A DNA stretch of 21,728 bases from Lama guanicoe (Eukaryota). The position numbers and the translations under genes were made by a program. Of this stretch, positions 9,659 to 20,654 are shown piece after piece. Under the pieces are notes generated by a model. The model was given only the letters and a program-made list of their open reading frames with translations, did not search any database and was not told the origin of the DNA. Numbering within the stretch: position 1 is the first letter of the stretch; every line of letters begins with the position of its first letter. The stretch lies in contig MU053911.1 of the NCBI GenBank assembly GCA_013239625.1, forward strand, positions 672,132-693,859, written 5' to 3'.

Positions 9659-10581
9659 CTTTTGATGGCTCACGCGCAGAGTAGGCAGCAGAAATCTGTG
9701 GCCAGGGGTGTCTTCCTGCGCTCGGGCTGGCTTCTCCCTGAGGCTGGGGTGGCTCCTTTTCCTGACAGTCACTTGTCCGCTGCTCTTACTGATCCTGTGG
9801 AACTGGCCTGGATAGTCCATCCCTCAGCTCTAATCCAAACAGTCTGAGTGAGCAGGGCTCTTGCAGTGCACCCGTGCTCACCGTACTAGTGCACCTGCAG
9901 ATCTGTAATTGTCTCTGCCAGTAAAGGGAGAGGTTTCGGTGACTGGTTTGTTTTGTCTTCCGTTTTTTTTTTTTTTTTCCCTCATTTTGGCTTCCCTAGC
10001 CCTCATCCAGCACTTCAAGCAGAAAATTATTTGGTCATTGGTGGGGAGATGAAGGAAGGAGGAATATTTAATAACTCCAAGTGTTGTGCTCAGCTTTGTG
10101 AGGGATCCAGAACATTCCCACGCACCCCTCAGTCACGCACAGCCAGGCTGGGGAGACAAGGCTGCAGGTGTCCAAAGTCACATGACCTCTTATCTACGTC
10201 TGTCTTCACTTCTTTCATGTCTTGCTGACGCATTGCTTGGGATCTTGCCATTTCAACCCAATTTGGATAAGGAGATAATAACATTCTGTTCATTTTTAGG
10301 AGCTCTTTCAACTTAATTGATTCTAAAATCAGAGTTAAGATCTGCAGGCTTCGTCTAAAGGTATAAATTAACTATTTAACTGGGTTCCCTTTATTTTTAA
10401 AGTAGGCTATGATTGGTAAGCCAGTCGATAAAGTCCTGGTTACAGCAGGTCACAAAGACTTGTGGTCAATACATGACTCCTGTTTCCTACTCACAACTGT
10501 AAGTGGAGAGGTAAGTGTTATCTGTCAAAGCAAGAAAAAAGAATGTCTCCAAGAAGATTTCTCCTGCATGCGTTCTTATGC

Positions 10582-11960
10582 TTTTACTTTTTTATACCAT
10601 TTTAATCATTTTTAAATATCCAATCCGGTGGCCTTGACTGCATTCCCAGCATTGTGTGACCATCACTGTTACCCTCCTCTGACCTTTCATTGTCCCAGAC
10701 TGAGACTCTGTACTGGTTAGACAATCACGTTCTACTCCTCTCTCCGTCCCTCCGGTCCCTGAAAACCACCCCTCTACTTTGTCACTATAAATTCTCCCAT
10801 TCTTATATGGAGTACCTGGAATCGTGTAAGTTTTGTCCTTTTGTGTCTGTTACCTATGTCTTCAAGGATCATCCATGTTAGAAGCATGTATCAAAATTCC
10901 ATCCTTCTTTAAAGCTGTATAATATTCCCTTGTATACATGCACCCCACGATCTTTATCCACTTTTCTGTGGATAGACATGCAGGTTGTTTCTACCTTCTG
11001 GCTTCCATGAACAGTGCCTCCATGAACATTGGTGAACAAGTGCACGTTTGAGTCCCTGCTTTCAGTTATCCGGGTACTTACCTAGGAGTGGAATTGCTGG
11101 ATGCTCCTGTAAGTTTACGTTTAACTTTTTGATGAAGCACCACACTTTTTCCCACAGTGTCTGCACCACTTTTCATCCCTTCCAGCACTGCACAAGTGTT
11201 CCCGTCTCTCCACATCCTCTCCAACCCTTCACTTCCCCGTTCTTTATTTATAATGGCCATTCTCACGGATGTGAGGCGGTATCTTGGGACTTTGATGCGC
11301 ATTTCCTTGTGGCTTTTGCTGCTGGGCAGCTTTTCATGTACTTGTTGACCAATTGTGTGTCTTCCGCAGAGAAATATTTATTCAGGTCTCTGGCTGTTTT
11401 TAATCAGGGTGTTTGTTGGCTTGTTTGTTTTGGGTGTTGTTGAGCTGTGGCTCTTCTTCTATTCTAGATGTTAATGCAGTATCAGGTATGTGGTTTGCAA
11501 GTATACATTCCCATTCTGCAGGATCTTTTCACCCTTTTGGTGAGTGCCCTTGGATGTCCCAAATGGTTTATTTTGGTGAAGTCCAGCATATCCGTCTTCG
11601 CTCTTGTTGTCTTTGCTTCTGGAATCATGTACAAGACAACATCGCCAAATCCAGTGCCTTGAAGATTTCCCACTACGGTTTCTTCTAAGAGGTTTACAGT
11701 GGATAGTTCCTATTCTATATCCTATAGGATAGTTCCTATCCTATATCCTATATCCTATAGTTTAGATCTTTGATCCACCTTAATTGTTGTATATAACGTA
11801 AGGGTTCAATTTTATTCTTTTGTACATAGATACCCAGTTTTCCCAGGACCATTTATTGAAAACACTGTTCTTTCCCCACTGAATGGTAGTTCCTGGCAGC
11901 CTCCCTGAAAGTCATTTGTCCACATGTACTAGAGTTTATTTCTCACTCTCTATTCAATCT
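10582..11960 (-). mobile_element. LINE-1 L1MB-like, 3' UTR plus decayed ORF2 C-terminus (~1.4 kb)
   Basis: ACCTAGGAGTGGAATTGCTGGAT, TCTCCACATCCTCTCCAAC, CAGTTTTCCCAGGACCATTTATTGAA. The minus-strand translation MRIKVPRYRLTSVRMAIINK corresponds to L1 ORF2p MQIKTTMRYHLTPVRMAIIKK; frameshifted. Confidence 0.95.
11701..11760. repeat. 26-bp tandem duplication with nested (TATCCTA)n
   Basis: GGATAGTTCCTATTCTATATCCTATA (11701-11726) and GGATAGTTCCTATCCTATATCCTATA (11727-11752) differ at one position. Confidence 0.9.
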
Positions 11961-13254
11961 GTATCATTTTTTATTATCCTCTATGTGCCCAGAAACTATG
12001 TATACTGGTACTACACACTATGGGAGAGAGAAATCAAATAGGGAAGATTAGGATCTTAAAAAGATGGAGGCCTGGGAGATGGTTAGAAGACATGTCTGCT
12101 GCTTTTTGCACAGTAGAGCTCCCAGAACGGGGTCAATGTCCACTCGTGGGCTGGAGACGGCAGGCCAGGGACCCTCTAGATGAAGCCCTCTGAAAGAATC
12201 TGTGGAGAGTCCCCGTGTGCCAGCCTTTGGACTGAAGAGCTGAATTCATTGCTCTCCCTTTATTACTTTCTCATTTTCTTCAAGGACAACTGCACATCTA
12301 GAAATTGCTCTTTCGCTGTCTTCTGCCACTTGCTTCCTGTGCTGTCCTGCATCATGAGACGTCTTGTCCTGACTGTGTACGAGCGTCTCCAGTGAAGAAA
12401 CGCTCGTGGAAGGAGCTGCTCACAAATGTAAAGTAGCCTTCTGTGCCTTGGTGTCTCCTCCCACCGTTAAAATGTTCATCTGCCATGTAACGCAAGCAGT
12501 TACAGGCGCAGAGACAAGAAAGGACAAACGTTATTTAGTTGAATTGTTTCTTTCTGTGTTTTCCACTGTATGTAATTTGAAATAAAATGAACAAATTGTT
12601 TGAAAGACCTTTCTTCTGAATCACGGAGGGGAAGCAGGCAAGGGAGAATGGTCTTCTTGATTGCTAAAAATCAGTTTTCACAAATGCTTCCGTAAACTTC
12701 AGACCTTACCCTGTATGTTTGTAGCTATACCATCATTTTATGAAAGAATACCACTGGAATAATTTTAGATGAAGTATTAGGAATTATAATTTGAATTCCC
12801 TGAATGACTATTTTTTATAAAAGGATATTTAAGTATTTAGTGTTCACATGGAATCCTCAAGACTATAATCTGAGAAGAACACTGGGTTCAGAGTTTCCCT
12901 TTCACAGAGGAATTCTGACTCTTACAGTCTTCATCAGCGTCCTCTCTGACTGGCCACTCCGCCTGGGAACTGGAGTCTGGCTGACCAAAGCCAGCCTGAT
13001 CGGATTTCTGCATCCTTAATGGTTATCCACAGCGTCCGTCTCCCCGCGTCCTGAGCACTTCCTACGTGAATAATCATAACCTGTCAAGCACTGAAGGCAA
13101 TTCCACCTTCATCCACTTGTCCGCGGGCACACACGCTCATGACAAGTGTTAACTTTCACGTCTTACCATACGCTTTTCTATGTTTCGGAAGAATTTCTCC
13201 AACATTTCCCATCCACAGCCATTGCTGGAAGCCCACAGGTGTGCTGGCGCTGGC

Positions 13255-14050
13255 CACACAGCGGCATTCTGGCTTCCTCGGCGGACTGCCTTCCCTCGAG
13301 TGCACTCCTGGCCCCGCGCTGGGCAGGCGGCGCTCAAGGCTGGGCTGCGCTCATCCCTGGCACAAGTTCGTCCATTGTGCTTGGCCCTCCGCGTCTCTGC
13401 CCTCATGTAAACATTAAATAATAACAAGATGAGGATGGCTTTTTCCTCTGGAGGGAAGGGGGTGTTGCCCGCTGTTGACTTTCACCTTCCTCTCTTTTCA
13501 TCTCTGCATTTCAACCGGAACCTTTCATTTTAAAAATAACTCAAAAACAAGCATGTACAAACGAAGCCAGACTTTCTGCCCTTGTACTAGTGCCTCAAAC
13601 ACAAGTTCTAATTTCTCCTACACTCTGGCATCGACGGTGCTGCTTTGGATACTTAGAAAAGAAATGCCGGAAGGAAAAAAAAAAACAGAAAAGAACACAT
13701 TAAAAATGAAATGCAGCTCGCTCTGACGCAGCCGCCAGTGCCGCGTGCATCCCCGGGAGCCCCGCACATTCGCGGCTGCGGGCAGGGAGACGGGAGGCTG
13801 CGAGGTGCGGTGTGCGCTGTGCTGACTACCAGGAAAGGAGCGCAGGTCCGCGCCGAGGGTGGAAAATGTGAACACTGTGAAATGTCATGTCTTCCTGCCC
13901 CAGGGAGATTTATTTATTGGAAATTATATTGCGAGGAACAAGTCTAAATAAATTAAGTCTCTAGTCATTGTGTCCCATGTAACTGCGCTGCAGAATACAG
14001 CCACAATTCTGCAGTTATGTAAACCGAGCTGTCAGGCACTTGTTATTTTA
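13255..14050. promoter_or_regulatory. CpG-rich unique region, candidate enhancer or weak CpG island
   Basis: About 18 CpG in 13716-13860, a second GC/CpG patch at 13260-13400, repeat-free, with ETS-, CRE-, MEF2- and D-box-like motifs. Confidence 0.4.
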
Positions 14051-16561
14051 AAGCTGGAACCAGGCAGCTCCCCTGACAGCCCTGTGGTCCCAGCGCCCAG
14101 CCTGATTCATGGCCGGCGCTGAGACACAGGAAGCTCGTGTCTGCTGTAATCTAAACACCGTGCAAATGGAACAGAAGACGCAGTGCAGAAAGGTAAAAAT
14201 AGGCGAAACCCCACAACCCAGACAAGAACCATGCAACGCACTCCGGAGGAAGGAGAAGGGAAAAGAAAGCCAGGGAGGAGCAGCAGTGTGTGCGCCGCTA
14301 AGGCCCAGTCCAGAATTCGCAGGCTCTGCAGGCCCCAGTGCAGAATGCAAACGAAGGGCTCCCTGCTCAGAAACTGTTGAGGATTTCAAGGCAGAAACCG
14401 GAGAGCATTAAACCAAGCTGGAGGACCTCGACACGCGGGGCCCCGTGTGACCGCGCAGGTCACAAGCCATGATGCCAGCCCCGGGGGTACCTTTAAACAA
14501 CCTTTAAGCAGCGAAGAAACGGCATTGCCTCCGAGAAAACAAATCTGTATGAATCCGTCATCCGTATGCTGTGATGACAGCATCGCGCGTTTGGAACATG
14601 CATACTTAGTAATATGCATTCTGTACATTTTACATATTTTTTAAAATGTGTGTTTGTATAGCAAATGCTTGCAGTCAGTTTAATTCTTTCCATATTTTTC
14701 TCCTCAGACACAGTCTGCTGAATTGTCCGTCAATTCAACAGCAATAAAATCTGGACTTATTGTTTAGCTGGGAATCAAGACAGTGTTCACTACTCCAGGA
14801 ACAGCCACTGGGGGAAAAGGAATATTTAAAATACACCGCTATAAATCTGTTTGTTTTTTGGAGGGGAGAGAATTTGACCGTTCCTCCTCTAAATAAAGCT
14901 CAGCTGTGATTTATTTCCTCAAACACAAAATGTCTGTTTAGCAGTCCTACTCCTCATTTAAGAGGAAATTACACTTTACTGTTATTATTACTCTGTACAA
15001 ACAAAGAAAAGGGACAAAACCTGGTCTTCAATCAAAAGCAAGAATTTACAAAAGTGAAGAACGAGCGATCACAGAGGCAGCAGATTGGAGCAGCAAGTCT
15101 GAGCCTGAAAGCACCTTTCTTCTCAGCAAGAAGGTGAGTGTCTGGCCGGACACCCTGAGCCCCTGCCCCCGGGGCCCTCGTGCAGCTCAGCCTGAGCGGA
15201 GCCCGGGGGCCCCCGGGAAGCTGCCTGGAGCAGGAACACTGTCTGCTGTCCTTTGCACACCAGAGGCCCTGTCAACAGGCGGTGGTGGGCCGCTCTGTTT
15301 AAACTGAAGTAATTAAATCTCTCTGCTCCCATAAAAATAAAATAAAATAAAAATACAACTGCCTGCTGCTGGTCAGTGGAATTCCACCGAGTGGAGGTAA
15401 ATTTTAATTTCATGGTGCAAGTGTGAAATTATTGCCCTCCAAGCTGACTGCCAATTCTGCATGAAATCTCACCACGTTTTAATAATTCGTCTTTTGTTTG
15501 GGGTGGAGAGAGACTTAGAAAGAGCACATGTGTTATGATTTGGAAGGAGGTTTTATGTGCAATTAGGGTCCTGAGAACCGCAACAGTGTAACCACACTCG
15601 TGTTTCCTAATTGGACCAAGAGGAAACTATCATTTCTGAAATAATTTGAGGTCTTAACCTTGTTCAGCTTCTCTAAAACACTTGGAAATACTTGGAGAGT
15701 GTCTGCTTATTTTCAAGATTGCCATTCAATATTAAAACTGTGCATTTTATGGAAGTGCATATCCATTAATACGTAAAGATTGTTAATAATCAGTCTCCTT
15801 CATTACGTCGTGAAACTGCCCAGAAAATTGTCTTTTATAAATGATTCTATGTGACAGTGTTTGAAATTGTTTTTTAATACAACTGTAACAGAACCCACTC
15901 TGCCAAAACTCAAAGCCAAATAAGCATCAGCTGGTAAGTTAGTTCTGTACAACTCATCACTAAACACTGGGTACTTAGAGAAAGTCATTTCTGAAGCATT
16001 AATAACTGTCTCATAGGTGCTTGCTAATGGGTATTGAAGAGTCTCAAATAGTCTCACATATTGCTCATTATTTTTGCATGTCTTCATCTAGTGAAATCAA
16101 AATTTTAAATAGCTTTAAATGAAGAAAGTAGAAAAATTGCTTTAGTTTGTTTTAATCAATATTTTAATATCTTGCTAAGCACTCTGGCTGCTGTGTTCAA
16201 AATCAATGATTCAATACACCCCTTGCAGTTCAGTCGATTTGCCGCTCTTAGACATTCTGCCTAGCTATTAACGTAAAATGGAATTAAAACAGAATGTTGT
16301 GCAGTCAGACCTGAATAATCTATAGAGTTGATCCCACACCCCAGGGTCTGTGAAAAGACTGCTCAGGGAGTGAGTCAGTCTGACATCCTCCATATGCCAT
16401 TGACTTGTTGAATTCCAAATTCTTTAATCTGAATAAAAATAGCATTTCAAGATGACTCATATTGGAAAGGTCCAGCTACACCCAAATCAATAAATCCTCA
16501 GAGACAGCAGAGTGCACATTAGCCAAACAGAGCTCAGTGCATGAGGCAGGGTGAATGCAGA

Positions 16562-16575
16562 TGTGTGTGTGTGTG
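16562..16575. repeat. (TG)7 microsatellite
   Basis: TGTGTGTGTGTGTG read directly. Confidence 0.9.
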
Positions 16576-17004
16576 CAACATCCAGGTAACCAGAACTGGA
16601 CCTGCGGAGTCTGCGTAACTGGGGTTGGAGGAAAACGCCCTCAGTGTTAGGAGTGGAGAGACAGGTGAAAACCAGTAAGCCAGTTTAGAGTAAAGCGTCC
16701 TCAGCTGCGGGATGGATTTATTCAGCGGACTTTCACATTTTCAAGCAAGGAGTAATGGCCTGTGTTTATTTCAGATTTTCTAATTTTATCCTGACAGTAG
16801 CTTCCATGTTTCATATGTTTCTTTTCATCATTTTCTTATTCACTGCGAGATTTTCTCTGAATTATGTCCATTTCCTTTGATTTCAGGACATTCAAAGACA
16901 AAAGCTTGAATGTTTATGATCCTAAGGCGAGTTTAGAGGCCTTAATCCTCCAGAGCAAAGCACCCTCGCTGCACAGCTCCTCAGAGTGAAAGAGGCCCCA
17001 GAGA

Positions 17005-17085
17005 GTACACGTGTGGACGTACGCGTACACGCATCGGCACGCGTGCGTGTACACCCACACGTCTACGCAGGCACACGTGTTTGCG
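17005..17085. repeat. CpG-rich alternating purine/pyrimidine low-complexity tract
   Basis: GTACACGTGTGGACGTACGCGTACACGCATCGGCACGCGTGCGTGTACACCCACACGTCTACGCAGGCACACGTGT. Confidence 0.8.
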
Positions 17086-18029
17086 GACATAGCTACTCAT
17101 AGTGTTTCCGGTACGCACCCATTCAGTGTCCGTTAAGGCATAAACTTCAAGGCACAGGGCCGGAAGAACTCCAAGGATCTTCCGCACGCGGGTCACTTTC
17201 TTGAACGATGTCAAGAAAGATGGCAGGCAGTGAACAGCTACGCGTGATTATCAAAGCTAGATGACGTCCTTGGGGTCTAACCGTTCTGTCCTGTCTACAC
17301 ATCTGCACATTTTTAAATGCTTCATCAAAAACTTGTTACACATCCGAAACAGCAGGCTCTGCTGTCGGGTGTCTGTTAGGATTTGCTCTTGCTGACTACT
17401 TTTCTTTATTCGAAATGAAAAGTACCCCAGTTTCCACTGCCGGTGGACAATCCTTGGCATGTAATTTAATCGCAACTTGGCAACTAAAGCTGTTGAAGTT
17501 GATGGACTGGTGTCACCAGCTCGTCCCGGGGGTCACTGTTTCAGACACCAGTGTTGCTGGACCATAACTTGCCGAACCTAAGATGCTGCGAGCCGACCCT
17601 AAGGCTCACTGCTAGAAAGAGCTCTGCCCGTTAAACTATTGAAAATACTCTCTTAGTCCCTTATACTTTATTTTGTTTGACTTCATTTTTCTCTTATTAA
17701 AACCTCTTTTAGGATTATTTAGACATTGTGTTTACCCTATAACCCTCAAGCACGCATAAAAATGAAAATATAAACAAAAAATTGGTGAAAGCATTCCCAG
17801 AAATTCTTTACCCCCTAGTCTGAGCAGTTGTTGGTGTCTGGTTTTATGCACAATATTGAACCCCACCCAGGAAGAGCAGTGGGAGACAGTGTTTCCCGGG
17901 GGTGCACTGCACTTATTATCCCCAGGATTTTCTTCCGAGCAGCAGATGCCTGTCCTGCAAGTCTGTGTGCATGTAGCTGTGTGTATGTTCTTCATATATA
18001 GTTTAATTTTGTAATATAGTTTTACATAG

Positions 18030-18825
18030 TTTTATTTTTCCCCAGCTTTTTGGGTTGAAAATTATCAAGCCTACCAGAAAATTACAAGAATCATAGAGTG
18101 CACACCTGCAACCCCTGACATGTCATGCACGGGGCGCAGCTGCCTTGCCTTTCTCCACCTGGATTTGGATGGGCCATTTGAGTTGGAGTCGGACATCACG
18201 ACATGCGAACCCCATGCGTCTCCTGCGGTAAGATCACCGCCATCACAACCACAACACCATGATCCAGTCTCAGGAAATCTGCATTAAATCGGCAATACAT
18301 GCAGTCTGCACTTCCGCTTCCCTGACTGTCCCCAGATGGCCTTTTGCAGTTTTCTGTCCCCTGACGCAAGGTCCGAGCAAGCTGGTAATTGTGTCTGTGA
18401 CTCTCTTCCAGTCTGGGACGGTTCCCCACGTCCTGTGTATGTGTCACTGACTTTGTTGGAAAGAATACATCTTCTTATGGAACATCTCATGCTGTGGATT
18501 TGCCTGAAGGTCCCCTCACGAATGTAACCAAGGCAGACGTTTCTGGGAGAACGCAGCACGGGCGATGTGTGTGCGTCTGACGCATCGCCTCGGGAGCCGC
18601 AATGCCATTTGCTCCCCACGGTTGCCGCTGCGGTGCTTACTTACTTGGTTAACCACCTGGCTGCGACACCCTCAGTACAAAGCTGCCCTTAAAGTTCACA
18701 GCCATCTGCTGAGAGACGCGGAAGACCTTGTCGGTATCCCAGTCCCTCACGACCTATTTCACAACGGCTTTATTGCTCATTATTATCCTCCATTTAAACT
18801 GATTATTACCTTAGAGGTCAGAAAC
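18030..18825 (-). mobile_element. LINE-1 L1MC4-like 3' UTR (~800 bp)
   Basis: Colinear landmarks: CAGAAAATTACAAGAAT, CCATTTGAG...GACATCA, CATCACAACCACAACAC...TCAGGAAAT, CTGTCCC, TCTGGGACGGTTCC, ACTTGGTTAA, GATTATTAC. Confidence 0.85.
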
Positions 18826-19894
18826 TACCCTGCAAGTGTTTTCCTAACCTTACCAAGAAATGTTAACAAGGTCAACAGTTAGGATTCACATCGCTTCCGA
18901 CGGCCTCTAAATGACACGGCAACCGAATTATCAGGAGGTCTCAGCCGTCCAGTCTGTCATCAAGGATAACAGCCAGGTCTGCGCTTTCACAGGCCATGGT
19001 GCCCACCACGCGGACCTGGGCAACGGGGGCGGTGAGACGCCATCACTCACAGCAGACACCTTCCTGCAGGAACGGCGCCATGAGGGGAAGGAACGCTCAG
19101 TGCCCGTCTCCGAGTGAATGAAGTGGGAAGTTCTGATTTTAACCACATAGTATTACACGGTTTTCTAAATACCTTTAGAAATGTCCCAAAAGATAGTATC
19201 ACAAAAAAGATGAATTAATGAACTAGTTAGTAAGTTAGACGCATGGGTAAATGGATGACCGCATGCGAGATGGAATGTCTGCTCTAATTAGCGTGTGGTG
19301 TAAAAAGTCAAACATGTTGTTACGGAAACTCAGCGTGCTAATGACTGAGGACGTAACACGTGCTGTAGAAAGGCTGCCCGTGAGGACGCACCGGATGGGG
19401 ATCAGCATGCACAGGAAGCCTATTAGGAAGCGCTGGGGGGAGGGCAGGATGCCACGAGAGACCGGGCGCCTTGCAGTCACAGCAAAGGCCTCAGCAGAGT
19501 CCTCTGTTGCTCTGAGGCTGGCGTGGGCCTTCAAAATGGACCTGGGTTGAAAGGGGGAAGCTGAGCTGTTTGGTCCCTGACTTGGGCAGTCACTGAGCGC
19601 AGATCACCCCCAGGAAAGCGCACAGCCTTGGAGAAGGTGGCTTTCCTCTGCCGGGACGACTCCTGGCGAGGACTGGCAGCAGAAGGAATGAATGTTTTCG
19701 TCTCGAGGGGGACCTGGGTGGCACATCTCCACATGCACTGAAACACGTTTGGACGCTGTGGGTACAGGTAGTTTTGGAGTAAGCAGATCTGAACTGCACA
19801 GAAACATTTACAGTTGGGGTTTATACTTAATAGACTGCCTGTAGAAGATTATTTGATTTTACCAATTTTAAATAAAATGAGTCAAAAATGTTTT

Positions 19895-20100
19895 ATCAAA
19901 AAACAGAATGAGATCATACTACATAAACTCAATTTTTTTAACTGATAGTTTTAATACAGATTCTAAAACACACATAATGTCATTTCTCTTATGGATAAAT
20001 CAATACACTACGTTGTCAAATATTATGGTGTGTATATAAAAGAAAAACCTTTATACTTGCTTGGCTACCAGTTTATTTCCATTAAGTTTGGGATCCCGGT
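19895..20100 (-). mobile_element. Possible L1ME-like fragment
   Basis: AAAACAGAATGAGATCATACTACATA resembles antisense L1ME AAAAATGGGATCATACTATACATA; the rest is weak. Confidence 0.35.
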
Positions 20101-20340
20101 ATGCAGTTTGCCTGTTTGTTTTTTTAATGGATTTGTTAAGTTAAATATCACCTGTAAAAATGGATTAATAACCATTACCATGAAGTCCTGTAAGTTGTGT
20201 TAGCTATGTTTTCAGAACCAAGTTATGTGTAATTTGGTAAGTATTCACTGATTTTCACCTACTTTAAGAACACAAAAGTAGAAGGTGCAATTAAATTAAG
20301 CTACAGGTATGGACAGCTTCCAGTTTTATTTGGTTATCAT

Positions 20341-20654
20341 GAATGCCTTCATTTATTGAGTAAATCTTTTCCCTAAATACACGCTGACCAGAAGCAAGGC
20401 AGTGAGTAGACAGTAAGGACTAAATTTAGAGAGATTAAGCTTGACAAACAAAGCAATAATGAACAAAAGTAGTTAGATTGATACCACAGCCGTAGATCTG
20501 TAAAAACACAAAAAGGAGGCATCAGAATCAGCCTACAGAAGGAATGAAGGCTTCTCAAGGCATTAGCATCCTGGTTAAGTCTTGAAAGAGAGTAGGAGTT
20601 GGTCATGCAAAGAAGTGGGGAGGGGGCAGGCAGAAGGCCTTGCGCAGACAGCAG
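20341..20654 (-). mobile_element. L2 fragment (3'-proximal part)
   Basis: TTCATTTATTGAGTAAAT...GAAGGCTTCTC...AGTCTTGAAAGAGAGTAGGAGTTGGTCATGCAAAG...CAGGCAGAAGG. Confidence 0.75.

Noticed and set aside
10445..10516. Strong donor GAG|GTAAGT at 10510/10511
   Set aside because: No convincing upstream pyrimidine tract or recognisable peptide.
10690..11688. Cluster of ORFs in the supplied track
   Set aside because: All lie inside a decayed L1; one is a frameshifted ORF2 remnant and the rest are antisense or alternative-frame noise.
11701..11760. CRISPR-like or other repeat-spacer array
   Set aside because: Directly adjacent duplications with no spacers, in mammalian DNA; I saw no repeat-spacer array anywhere in the window.
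13139..14711. Many overlapping 65-113 aa ORFs on both strands
   Set aside because: No domain similarity or consistent exon structure; expected in GC/CpG-rich sequence.
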